A program made the position numbers and the translations under genes. The notes beneath the pieces were generated by a model. It was not told the DNA's origin and did no database searches. It saw only the letters and a program-made list of their open reading frames with translations. A DNA stretch of 64,000 nt, taken from assembly GCA_964342815.1 (NCBI GenBank), contig CAYFHS010000002.1, positions 184,790-248,789 of the forward strand, in the 5' to 3' direction. Positions 18,935 through 28,601 of the stretch are shown one piece after another. The first letter of the stretch is position 1; each line of letters begins with the position of its first letter. This stretch comes from an uncultured archaeon (GTDB lineage: Archaea; Thermoplasmatota; Penumbrarchaeia; JASLWR01).

Positions 18935-21900
18935 GATTCTAAATAGTCGCTCCAGCTTTCGCCCGAAGCCTCATCGTCCTCGTCCTCCTCTTCCCAGCTG
19001 TCACCCGGAGCCAGATTTTCATTGTCCTCGTCCTCCTCTTCCCAGCTGTCACCCGGAGCCAGATTTTCATCGTCCTCGTCCTCCTCTTCCCAGCTGTCAC
19101 CCGGAGCCAGATTTTCATTGTCCTCGTCCTCCTCTTCCCAGCTGTCACCCGGAGCCAGATTTTCATCGTCCTCGTCCTCCTCCTCCCAGCTGTCGCCCGG
19201 AGCCAGATTTTCATCGTCCTCCTCGTCAAAAACGGTTCCGCACTCCTGGCAATCCGTGTCCAACTCGTTTATTGCGCTCCCGCATTCGGGACATTCGTAC
19301 AACACGTCATCGACATCGAATTCCATGTAACTGGTATCGATGATGAAATCCACCATTTCCTCGCCATCGTATCTTCCCCCTTCCGGCTCGGGAGGCTCGT
19401 ATCCTTCTTCGGGCCAATAGGAAGCCTCATCCACTTCATCCTCTTCCCCCTCGAACTCCGCACCGCAAGAAGGACATACGCTGTCTTCCTCTTTTAGTGA
19501 TGAACCGCAGTCCGGGCATTCGTATTCGTCCTCTTCCCCCTCCACTTCTTCCTCATCACCATACTGCCCGGGCTCTTCATCCCAGCTGGCACCGGCGAAC
19601 TCCGCTTCCCCTTGACCTTCCAACAAATCTCCCTCTTCCTCTCCGAAGCGGCTTATCTTGAATGCCCATTCATCTTCATCCCACATTTCTCCACTCTTCA
19701 CCAAATCGGGCTTTATTTTCTCCTTCTTTTCCTCTGAGCTCTCTTTTTGGTATGCAGCAAGTCTGCCCTTCTTTCTTTTACCGGTGCGTTTTCCCCGCTT
19801 TTTTCTTCCTTTTTTACCTCGTTCACGCTTTTTACGAGCCTCAGCAGATAGTTTTTCCTTTTTTACCGCCGTCTCTTTTTTCCGCCTCCTGCCTCTGCCG
19901 GCTATCGCACCTTTTCTCTTTCGAGCTTCCGACGACCTACCCACTGCTTTTCCTTTTCTTTTTGAATCCCTCTCTCCGTAAATAAGCGGGCCGCTTCTTA
20001 TCCGGGGAGCCTTCACAGGCTCTTCTTTAACTTTTCGGGGCGTCTCCTTTTCGGTTTTCTTTTTTCTCCTTCCGAAAAGGAAGAAAAGAACCAGAACTAC
20101 CAAAATTATTAGAACCACCAACATTATCCAGAATCCCGGACCCTCCATCCATTTTCCCGACCCCGTCTCACCGCGTTTGTCTGCAGGAGCGGTGACGTTG
20201 ACATATTTACCTGTTTCGTGGAGGTTCCCCTCGGTATCGGTAACTTTCAGCACGACGTAGTAGTCCCCGGGAAGCTCGAATGAAAACGTGGGGGCTTCCC
20301 CGTAGAGTGTTACCGTTTCACCCTGGTAAACAAACGTCCACGTGTAGTTCTCGATCTCTGAATTATCCCACGAACCAGCACCATCCAAGGTTATCTCCCC
20401 CGGTTCCGTCAGGACGACGTCTTCACCGGGATCGGCTTTTGGCGGTTCACCATCTGCAACTGTGATAGTGAGATTTTTGCTTCCCGAGTTCCCTTCGCTA
20501 TCCACAACTGTCAGAGTGATGGTATATTTTCCGATCTCTTCGAATTTGTATTCCATTGAGATCCCGGCGCTGTTCTCGAAGACGCCGTTATGAAGTATGC
20601 TCCACAGGTAATTAGCGATTTCGACGTTGTCGCTGGAAAGGTTTCCGCTGAAGACGGCCAGGTCGCCCAATCCCGCCTCAAAGGGTCCGGATATTATCAC
20701 AATTGGGGCTGTTGTATCACTGATAGTAACTTCCAGGGTATCGCTCCCCAGGTTACCCATTGCGTCAAGAACGTTCAACGTGACTGTATATTTGCCAACG
20801 ATATCGAATTTGAACGATACATTTTTACCCTTGATGACCAAGACATTTCCATTGTAGACGAAGGTCCAGTTATAGTCAACGATCCCCACGTTATCCGTGC
20901 TTCCACTGGCATCGAAAGTAACCTTGTCGCTGTCCCCTGACAATATGTCCTCTCCCGCATCGGCTATGGGATTCGTGATATCCATCACCGTGACCTTGAA
21001 ATTCACAGATTCATTGTTACCCCGAACATCGCTGACCGTAAGGGTCACATCATAGACTCCTGCTCGATGGAACACGAAGCTGCTTATCTCACCGTTCAGA
21101 ATGATCTCACTCCCTTCATAGCTGAAGGTCCAAGTGTAGTTGGTTATACCGACATTGTCGCTGCTCGCATTACCGTTGAAGCTCACACGCTCGTGTTGGT
21201 CCACCGTAATATCGGATCCCGCCGTAGCCACCGGTTTGGAGATATCCGTCACCGTCATCACAAGTATGTCGTGGGCCTTGTTTCCACGGGAGTCCGTGGT
21301 GGTAAGGTTCACGGTGAATATGCCTGCAGAATGGAACTGGTAGCTTACCAGAGCTCCGTTGAGCACCATCCTGGTCTCGGCGGGATCGATGGACCAGGTG
21401 TAATTCACGATTCCGACGTTATCCATAGAACCTCTGCCGTCGAAGGTAACGTACTCGTGCTGATTAATGCTAATATTGGGTCCCGCCATGGCAATGGGCG
21501 GTGTTGTGTCATTCACCGTAACGAAGAGATTGTCGCCCAGGATGTTACCGGTTGCATCTCTCGCCATAAGAGTGATATTGAAGGTTCCCGCGTTGTGGAA
21601 AACGTAGCTCACCACGGCCCCGTAAAGGGTTTGCAGGGTCCCGTTATCCACAAAGCTCCACGTGTAGTTGTCGATACCCATGTTGTCGGTTGAATTGCTG
21701 CCGTTGAAAATTGCTAGTTCATGTTGGTTCACTGAAATATCGAAACCCGCGTCGGTGACGGGCAAGGTAATATCGTTTACATTTACGGTCATGTTATCCC
21801 GGGCTTGGTTCCCGGCGAGGTCGAGGATGATCAGCTCTACGGAATAATTCCCTGCAAAATTGAAAGTGAAGGAGGGATAGGCCCCGTACAACTGCACGCA

Positions 21901-24900
21901 AATACCCCCGCATGTGAAATTCCACGTGTAATTACTGATCCCAACGTTATCTCCGGAGCCAGTGGAATCGAAATACAGTTTCTCGAACTGGTCAATGGTG
22001 CGGTCGGCTCCCGCCTCTACCGTTGGAGGTGTAATGTCCAGCACCGTCACCTGGGTAGTATTAGTGTCCCAGTGACCGGCGGCGTCACTGACATTGAGGG
22101 TAATGGTATACTTCCCCACGGTGTGGAATGTAAATGTCGGGGAACTGCCGTAAAGAATATATCCCTGTCCATCGTAGGTGAAGTTCCAAGTGTAGTTGTC
22201 GATATCCACATTATCCGTGCTGTTGCTTCCGTTGAAGATCACGGGTACATGCTGGTCCGTGGTTATATTTATCCCGGGATCCGACACCGGTCCGTCGTTA
22301 TCCGTGACGGCGGAAACGGTTTTATTGGTAGTTTCCCGGTTTCCCGAAGCATCCTGCGACCAGAAACTGTATTCGACTGAAGTGGCATATCCCGGGATCC
22401 TTATGTAGATGTACCACGAATCCCCCGTAACATTCGTTACGGACCAGTTGTAATTCGCCCCGCCGTTTATGGTGAAATCGAATCTCACGGTCCCAATGAC
22501 CAGATTATCGGTGACATTCACCGAGAAGTATGCCATTTCACCGGTGCTGAGAGAACTTTCCCAATGAATCCCGTAGACAGGTCTGTCGTTATCGCTTACC
22601 GAGGGAGTTGCATTCGTGCTTCCCTGCCAGTTGGCGGAACTGTCCCGAGCCCTGAACGCGTATTCCAGGGAGACGGTGTCTGCCGGTAGAGTTATTGTTA
22701 TGTCCCATGAGGTCCCGGTGTTGTTGACCACCGACCAATTATGATGTTCCGCGCCGTTTATTGTGAAATCCAGTTTTACAGAATCGATAGCAATATTATC
22801 CGTTATATTGGCCGATAGATAGGCGCTGTCCCCGGTTGTGAGTGGACTTACCCAAATTATCCCGAAGATAGGCCGATCATTGTCAGCCACACCCGGCGAT
22901 TGGGTGGCGGATCGCCTTTCGTTCCCCGTGGAGTCATTTGCCCAGAAAAAGTACTCGAAACTCACACAGTTAACAGGTATCTCTATCGTAGCCGTCCAGT
23001 TATCCCCGGTCTGGTTTGACACAGTGACATTCTCTATAATTATCCCGTTCACCGTGTAAGCAAGCTTCACCAAGCTCACGCCTATATTGTCGGTGATATT
23101 TGCTGAGAACAGAGCGGGCTCGCCAGTGGTAAGGACCGCGTTCCAAATGGAGCCAATTGCTGGCCTATCATTGTCTGCCACTGCAGGTGTTTGAACAGCG
23201 GATCGTCTTTCATTCCCGGCCCCGTCGTTTGCCCAGAAGAAAAATTCAAAGTTCACGCAGTATGAAGGAATCCTTATTGTAACTGTCCAGTCGTTTCCGG
23301 ATTGGTTCGACACAGTGACATTCTCGTTGATATTTCCGTTCACCGTGTATACAAATTTTACCAAGCTCACACCTACATTGTCGGTTATATTTGCTGAGAA
23401 CAGCGATTGCTCGCCAGTTGTCATACCGCCGTTCCATATTACGCCTATAACCGGTTTGTCATTGTCAGCCACTCCCGGCGTTTGGGTGGCGGATCGCCTT
23501 TCGTTCCCTGCAGCATCGTCGCTCCAGAAGAAGTATTGGAAACTCACACAATCCGTTGGAATTCTTATGGTTATTGTCCAGTCATCTCCGGATTGGTTTG
23601 ACACCGTTACGTTCTCATTAATGATCCCGTTCACCGTGTACGCGAACCTGACCGAGTTCAAGCCTATGTTGTCAGTAATATTTGCCGAAAACAGTGTGTT
23701 ATCGCCAGTTGTTACCCCACCGTTCCAGATCACACCTATCACCGGCCTGTTGTTATCGGTCACCCCCGGAGATGTTTTCCCGGTCCTCTTTTCGTTACCA
23801 GCCGCATCGTCTGCCCAGAAAAAGTACTCGAAACTTGCGCAGTCAACAGGTACCAGTATCGATATTGTCCAGTTATCTCCAGTCTGGTTTGCCACCGTAA
23901 CGTTCTCATTGATATTCCCGTTCACCGTGTAGCTAAACTTAACCGTATTTACCGCTATATTGTCCGTGATGTTCGCCGAGAACAGCGCCAGCTCATCCGT
24001 ATATAGACCGCTGGACCAGATATTGCCGAACACCGGCTTGTCGTTATCTCCCACCAGCACGGAGGCATTCGTGTCGTTCGCTCCGTTACCGGCACCGTCC
24101 TCGGCCCAGAAATGATACTCTATTGATGCGGCGTCCAAGGGCAGGGGGATGCTTATGGACCAGGAATCACCGGTGTTGTTGGTAACCGACCAGTTGTAGT
24201 GTGAGATGCCGTTCAAAGTGAAGTCGAACATCACTGTGTTCACACCTACGTTATCCGTGATATTGCCGGAGAAGAATACAATCTCCCCTGTGGTGGGAGT
24301 ATTTTTCCATACCGTGCCGAATGCCGGAGCTTCGCTGTCGTTCACACCAAAGGACTCGTTGTTGCTCACTGCCCAGTTGCTCGCGGCATCTTCCGCCCAG
24401 AAAAAGTACTCTATGGACGTAGTATCTACCGGCATGGTGAAATTTATCTCCCATGAATCACCCGTTTTGTTCGTTACCGACCAGTTGTGGTGAACGGTTC
24501 CGTTGAGGGTAAAATCGAACATCACGGTGTTAACTGCCACATTGTCGGTTATATTGGCGGAGAAGAATGCCGGATCGTCCGGTCCGAGAGTATTGTGCCA
24601 CGTTGTCCCGAACTGGGGTTTGGTGGTGTCGTTCACCGTAACATTCATGGTATCGATGGCGAAATTCCCCTCTGCATCGGTAACATTCAGCGTAACGACG
24701 TAAGAGCCCACTATTGCGAAGGTGAAGTTGGACGAGCTGTTGTACAGGGTACGAGCCTGTCCGTCATAGCTGAAGTTCCACGTGTAGTTGACCACTCCCA
24801 CGTCGTCCGAGCTTCCGCTGCCGTCGAAAGTGACCGTTACTCCCTGGTCCACCGTTTGGTCAGGTCCGGCATCAGCCCCAGGAGCAACCATGTCCTTGAT

Positions 24901-26706
24901 ATTTATCGTTACGTAATCCAGGTTCCAGTTCCCTGAAGGGTCTGTAACATTCAGGGTGATATTGTATGCCCCGTAGTTGTTGAAAGTAAAGCTGGGTATC
25001 CCGCCGTACAGGGTCTCGGGGGCCTGCTGATAGGTGAAGTTCCACGTGTAATTATGAACCGCCGAATTATCGGTGGAGCCGGTTCCGTTGAAATTTACCG
25101 TGGTACCGTTCCCCACGGTCTGATCGATACCGGCGTCGGCTATGGGATTGGTGACATCCTCCAGAGTCAGTGAGGCATTTACCGGGTTGTTCGGATCGGT
25201 ATTTACCACTGGATCTCCCGACACTGCCTTTATGAATAAGGAACTGTTGAGGTAATCCGAATAATATTCCACTGAAAAGGAATCTACGGAACCCGTGGTG
25301 GCGCTGGCTGTGTCGTTTACTTTTATGAATATGGTTGAACCGTTTATCTCGGGAACATCGTCCATGAACTCGGTTATGTCGAATACTATCTTGTTGTTGG
25401 GAAAAGGTTCATTCCCTCCATCGAAACCGTTGGACCAGTCATCAAAATCCTTCACGGATATGGGACTTGCAGGATCGCCGATCCCAACCGATACGTCGCA
25501 CTCTCCTCTTTTATCATGGCTCATTTCGAAAACTGATAGGACCTTTGGTTCATATGAGGTCTTGTCATCGAATAGGAAGGTATATTCCACATCCCATTTC
25601 ATACATTCGTAGGACAGCCAGAACATACCGTCATTATTGTTATCGCCCCCCCAACCTGTGGCCCAGGAGTTGGCCACCTTGAATGCACCGGTCCGTGATT
25701 GTCCGTTCTCCGTGTAAGGGCCGAAATTATCATCATACCCGATGATGGTATTTGCATGGTTCGTTCCTGCTGCATCGCTGTATGTATCGTTCTTCCAGAG
25801 GTCGTTGGCATCCAGATTTGCGTACTGCTCGGCTCTAATGCTGATTATTGCCAGATTGCCATTGTCGAGCCATGTCTTCAGATCCGTTATGCCGTTTGCG
25901 TTGTTTGGAGGATACGTCCAGAGATAATTATAGCCCTGATCGGTCCGGTACCAGGGAGCCTCTCTCCAGGCCTCCTCGCTTGGCCATGTCGTATGATCAT
26001 TCGAATCATATGGCATGTTTTCCCAGCTGCAAACACCAATCCGGTTACACAGGTCCATTGCAGAGGAATAATACGAGCCCGTATCCAGCCCGTCGTTTAT
26101 CTGGTGATACATGAAATCCGGACTCATAATTCGATCCTGATAGGCCGAACTGGGTTGGCCATCGCTCCAACTGGCCCCCGAGAGATCCCAACCATGTTCC
26201 TTCGCCTCCTGAAAGGTCTTTGTATAATAAGCCGTGGCCCAGGCTACGCATGACCCTTCATTGGCCTGATTTCCGATTGGAGGGAAGTAGATGCTGGTTG
26301 AATGATCCACCGATGCACTGATCGGCCCTTCGATGGGTGGAGCGATCCCTTCTACGATGCCAAAATTGCCAACCATTCCAGCCCATTCCTCCTCGGTGGG
26401 TGGTTTCAGTCCCGTACCGCGCCCCTCGATGATTGGATTGTAGTCCACTCCCGGCTGCCAAACGCCGGCCCGTGCTTTCAGTTCCTCGATATCATCGGGA
26501 GAGGCACTTCGTGTGGTCATTATTACTTTTTTTTCTGGGCCGCCCGCTTCCACAGTCAAAAGAGAGTCATAATCTTTCATTTTTTCGGGATCGACCACTT
26601 CTGCCTCACTAACGGTTTCTCTCTCGGGGAGGAGACCATCGAAGGGTATGGTCGAAAACAACAGTACGAAGCATGTAAAAATAACAATTGATGATAATCT
26701 CAGCAT
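18925..26706 (-). CDS. Giant surface-anchored papain-like (C1A) cysteine protease with 10 PKD-like domains, 8 x 97-aa Ig-like repeats, a TM helix and a cytoplasmic basic/acidic Zn-ribbon tail
   Basis: Catalytic motifs GNQANEGSCVAWA, NHANTIIGYDD and FKVANSWATGWG. Likely start ATG 26706 (MLRLSSIVIFTCFVLLF signal peptide) rather than 26913. TM FWIMLVVLIILVVLVLFFLF; two CPxCG...CxxCG ribbons. Confidence 0.9.
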   Translation of the reverse strand: MLRLSSIVIFTCFVLLFSTIPFDGLLPERETVSEAEVVDPEKMKDYDSLLTVEAGGPEKKVIMTTRSASPDDIEELKARAGVWQPGVDYNPIIEGRGTGLKPPTEEEWAGMVGNFGIVEGIAPPIEGPISASVDHSTSIYFPPIGNQANEGSCVAWATAYYTKTFQEAKEHGWDLSGASWSDGQPSSAYQDRIMSPDFMYHQINDGLDTGSYYSSAMDLCNRIGVCSWENMPYDSNDHTTWPSEEAWREAPWYRTDQGYNYLWTYPPNNANGITDLKTWLDNGNLAIISIRAEQYANLDANDLWKNDTYSDAAGTNHANTIIGYDDNFGPYTENGQSRTGAFKVANSWATGWGGDNNNDGMFWLSYECMKWDVEYTFLFDDKTSYEPKVLSVFEMSHDKRGECDVSVGIGDPASPISVKDFDDWSNGFDGGNEPFPNNKIVFDITEFMDDVPEINGSTIFIKVNDTASATTGSVDSFSVEYYSDYLNSSLFIKAVSGDPVVNTDPNNPVNASLTLEDVTNPIADAGIDQTVGNGTTVNFNGTGSTDNSAVHNYTWNFTYQQAPETLYGGIPSFTFNNYGAYNITLNVTDPSGNWNLDYVTINIKDMVAPGADAGPDQTVDQGVTVTFDGSGSSDDVGVVNYTWNFSYDGQARTLYNSSSNFTFAIVGSYVVTLNVTDAEGNFAIDTMNVTVNDTTKPQFGTTWHNTLGPDDPAFFSANITDNVAVNTVMFDFTLNGTVHHNWSVTNKTGDSWEINFTMPVDTTSIEYFFWAEDAASNWAVSNNESFGVNDSEAPAFGTVWKNTPTTGEIVFFSGNITDNVGVNTVMFDFTLNGISHYNWSVTNNTGDSWSISIPLPLDAASIEYHFWAEDGAGNGANDTNASVLVGDNDKPVFGNIWSSGLYTDELALFSANITDNIAVNTVKFSYTVNGNINENVTVANQTGDNWTISILVPVDCASFEYFFWADDAAGNEKRTGKTSPGVTDNNRPVIGVIWNGGVTTGDNTLFSANITDNIGLNSVRFAYTVNGIINENVTVSNQSGDDWTITIRIPTDCVSFQYFFWSDDAAGNERRSATQTPGVADNDKPVIGVIWNGGMTTGEQSLFSANITDNVGVSLVKFVYTVNGNINENVTVSNQSGNDWTVTIRIPSYCVNFEFFFWANDGAGNERRSAVQTPAVADNDRPAIGSIWNAVLTTGEPALFSANITDNIGVSLVKLAYTVNGIIIENVTVSNQTGDNWTATIEIPVNCVSFEYFFWANDSTGNERRSATQSPGVADNDRPIFGIIWVSPLTTGDSAYLSANITDNIAIDSVKLDFTINGAEHHNWSVVNNTGTSWDITITLPADTVSLEYAFRARDSSANWQGSTNATPSVSDNDRPVYGIHWESSLSTGEMAYFSVNVTDNLVIGTVRFDFTINGGANYNWSVTNVTGDSWYIYIRIPGYATSVEYSFWSQDASGNRETTNKTVSAVTDNDGPVSDPGINITTDQHVPVIFNGSNSTDNVDIDNYTWNFTYDGQGYILYGSSPTFTFHTVGKYTITLNVSDAAGHWDTNTTQVTVLDITPPTVEAGADRTIDQFEKLYFDSTGSGDNVGISNYTWNFTCGGICVQLYGAYPSFTFNFAGNYSVELIILDLAGNQARDNMTVNVNDITLPVTDAGFDISVNQHELAIFNGSNSTDNMGIDNYTWSFVDNGTLQTLYGAVVSYVFHNAGTFNITLMARDATGNILGDNLFVTVNDTTPPIAMAGPNISINQHEYVTFDGRGSMDNVGIVNYTWSIDPAETRMVLNGALVSYQFHSAGIFTVNLTTTDSRGNKAHDILVMTVTDISKPVATAGSDITVDQHERVSFNGNASSDNVGITNYTWTFSYEGSEIILNGEISSFVFHRAGVYDVTLTVSDVRGNNESVNFKVTVMDITNPIADAGEDILSGDSDKVTFDASGSTDNVGIVDYNWTFVYNGNVLVIKGKNVSFKFDIVGKYTVTLNVLDAMGNLGSDTLEVTISDTTAPIVIISGPFEAGLGDLAVFSGNLSSDNVEIANYLWSILHNGVFENSAGISMEYKFEEIGKYTITLTVVDSEGNSGSKNLTITVADGEPPKADPGEDVVLTEPGEITLDGAGSWDNSEIENYTWTFVYQGETVTLYGEAPTFSFELPGDYYVVLKVTDTEGNLHETGKYVNVTAPADKRGETGSGKWMEGPGFWIMLVVLIILVVLVLFFLFGRRKKKTEKETPRKVKEEPVKAPRIRSGPLIYGERDSKRKGKAVGRSSEARKRKGAIAGRGRRRKKETAVKKEKLSAEARKKRERGKKGRKKRGKRTGKRKKGRLAAYQKESSEEKKEKIKPDLVKSGEMWDEDEWAFKISRFGEEEGDLLEGQGEAEFAGASWDEEPGQYGDEEEVEGEEDEYECPDCGSSLKEEDSVCPSCGAEFEGEEDEVDEASYWPEEGYEPPEPEGGRYDGEEMVDFIIDTSYMEFDVDDVLYECPECGSAINELDTDCQECGTVFDEEDDENLAPGDSWEEEDEDDENLAPGDSWEEEDEDNENLAPGDSWEEEDEDDENLAPGDSWEEEDEDNENLAPGDSWEEEDEDDEASGESWSDYLESWD
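18972..19221 (-). repeat. 48-bp coding tandem repeat, about 5 copies, encoding D(D/N)ENLAPGDSWEEEDE
   Basis: Near-perfect head-to-tail copies of (c/t)gtcctcgtcctcctcttcccagctgtcacccggagccagattttcat; no spacers. Confidence 0.95.
22303..24630 (-). repeat. Eight tandem 291-bp (97-aa) beta-sandwich repeats inside the giant protease
   Basis: 2328 bp = 8 x 97 codons; consensus D.D.P.(F/I)G..W....TG....FSANITDN..V..V.F..T.NG....N..V.N.TG..W...I..P......EY.FW..D..GN. Confidence 0.9.
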
Positions 26707-26998
26707 TTGGCCACGACCTTGTATAACGGACAGTAAAATTAACCAGTATATATCGCTGTTATGCCCAAAATAAGTTTTGGTCCAGGTAATTCCCGTAAAT
26801 AATATGAATGTTAATCCGATTTTTTTCAGTTGTGCGGGGCAATAACACAACTTATACATAGTTAATCCACACTCGGCACGACTAAGTACATACCGTGGGT
26901 GAAGTTGCTTCAATGCCCGATGGGTATTCCTACCAAAACGTTCTTCAGTGCTGAATGATAGCCATTATTGGAATTAATTTACACAGGAAGTTGGAAAT

Positions 26999-27541
26999 AT
27001 GGTTGCGGGAGACATATTTGAACCGGATGGCCGACGAATAAGTGTTCTTGGCCGCTTTTTTGAACTCAAACCGACGGAGGTTTCCACTTACCGCCATCTG
27101 GCCCTTAACGAAGAAAAAACTGCCCGGGAAATGGGGGAATTTCTGGGAAAAGATCGAAGCACCGCATATCGCATACTGCAAAAGCTCTTTGATCGCGGGA
27201 TTGTGAACAAGGAGACAAGGTACCTGCCGAAAGGAGGGTATTACCATATCTACCTGGCCAACGATCCCAGCTCGATAAAAGAGGAATTGAAACGAAATAT
27301 CAGGGAATGGTTGGGTAAGATTTTCGATCAGCTGGACCAGGCCGAGCTTGATGGGGACCTTCTTTCGGCTCTTACGGATTCCGGAATGGCAGAGGCTTTG
27401 AAACCACCCTTGGCGGGGTCCAGCTCAAAACCCCGGGAAGGAATTCCTTCGGAAAGGGATAAAGTTACAGATGAAGATGATGAAGATGATGAAGATGATG
27501 AAGATGAGGAGGACGACCAGATACCGATCCACCTCAGATAG
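26999..27541 (+). CDS. TrmB-like winged-HTH transcriptional regulator with an acidic tail
   Basis: TAREMGEFLGKDRSTAYRILQKLFDRGIV HTH and GGYYHIY wing; the tail is encoded by (GATGAAGAT)x4 at 27470-27505. Confidence 0.85.
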   Translation: MVAGDIFEPDGRRISVLGRFFELKPTEVSTYRHLALNEEKTAREMGEFLGKDRSTAYRILQKLFDRGIVNKETRYLPKGGYYHIYLANDPSSIKEELKRNIREWLGKIFDQLDQAELDGDLLSALTDSGMAEALKPPLAGSSSKPREGIPSERDKVTDEDDEDDEDDEDEEDDQIPIHLR

Positions 27542-27543
27542 GA

Positions 27544-28521
27544 GTGATCACCATGAATAAAATCAACGAACTTACCGCTCAGAATATTGCAATTACCGGG
27601 GGTGCCGGTTTTATCGGCAGCCACCTGATCCATCGGCTCATGGGAATGGAAAATCGAATAACGGTATTCGATAACTTTTCTTCAGGTATTCGTGAATTCC
27701 TGGACCCTTTCCAGGGTGATGAGAACTTCAATCTTGTTGAAATGGACCTGCTTGAGGCCGGACTTCTGGAAGAACGGCTGAAGGGGTACGATTGGGTATT
27801 TCACCTGGCAGCCAATCCTGACGTACGATTGGGTTCCAGCGACACTTACGTTCATCTGGAGCAGAATGTTATCGTCACTTACAATATTCTCGAAGCTATG
27901 AGAAAGAACGGACTTGACCGTATCGTATTCACCTCCACCTCCACCGTGTATGGGGAGGCCGATGAGATACCGACCCCGGAGGATTACGGTCCCCTTATCC
28001 CGATATCGCTCTATGCATCCTCCAAGCTGGCCTCCGAGGGTTTTATTACAGCTTATTGTTCCAATTTCGGTATGAGTTCATATATCTTCAGGTTTGCTAA
28101 TGTGGTTGGGCCGCGGTCGACCCACGGCGTAATATACGATTTTGTGAACAAGTTGAAAGATGATTCAACCACGCTTGAGATACTGGGCAGCGAACCTGGG
28201 ACCAGAAAATCGTACCTTTACATTTCCGACTGTATCGACGGGATGATCTTTGCCTGTGAAAGCTCGGGGGATATGGCGAATATCTTCAACATCGGCTCGC
28301 GGGATCACATTTCCGTAAAAACCCTGGCAGGATCAGTATGCGAGGCCATGGGACTCCATGACGTGAGCTATCGGTGGACGGGCGGTGTTGACGGAGGCCG
28401 CGGGTGGAAGGGGGATGTGAAGGTAATGCTCCTGGGTATTGAAAAATTGAATTTACTGGGTTTTGTGCCGAAATACGGTTCATCCGATGCTGTGCTGAAG
28501 ACAGCAAGATCACTATTATAA
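27544..28521 (+). CDS. NAD-dependent nucleotide-sugar epimerase/dehydratase (extended SDR)
   Basis: TGGAGFIGSHL, HLAANPDV, STSTVYG, YASSK (YxxxK) and RFANVVG motifs; GGAGTGA RBS coupled to the TrmB stop. Confidence 0.93.
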   Translation: MITMNKINELTAQNIAITGGAGFIGSHLIHRLMGMENRITVFDNFSSGIREFLDPFQGDENFNLVEMDLLEAGLLEERLKGYDWVFHLAANPDVRLGSSDTYVHLEQNVIVTYNILEAMRKNGLDRIVFTSTSTVYGEADEIPTPEDYGPLIPISLYASSKLASEGFITAYCSNFGMSSYIFRFANVVGPRSTHGVIYDFVNKLKDDSTTLEILGSEPGTRKSYLYISDCIDGMIFACESSGDMANIFNIGSRDHISVKTLAGSVCEAMGLHDVSYRWTGGVDGGRGWKGDVKVMLLGIEKLNLLGFVPKYGSSDAVLKTARSLL

Positions 28522-28601
28522 TGATCTGCACTGGAGCCAGGAAAACGGCTTTTCAATTGCCGCCCATCCATGTCAAAAAAATAGTTTACACAGCCATGAG
28601 T

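Noticed and set aside
18972-19221. CRISPR array
   Set aside because: Repeats are head-to-tail with no spacers, the unit is a multiple of 3 inside a CDS, and there are no cas genes.
20590-25612. Plus-strand ORFs of 100-200 aa opposite the giant protease (similar antisense ORFs lie opposite the pur genes and birA)
   Set aside because: Antisense shadows of GC3-biased real genes, with no motifs or RBS.
26707-26913. N-terminal 69 aa of the 2662-aa ORF-track protein
   Set aside because: AT-rich promoter-like sequence; the signal peptide and an RBS-like motif fit ATG 26706, so the extension is probably not translated.
27437-27450. Perfect 14-bp palindrome GAAGGAATTCCTTC
   Set aside because: Inside the TrmB coding tail, single occurrence, no promoter or terminator context.
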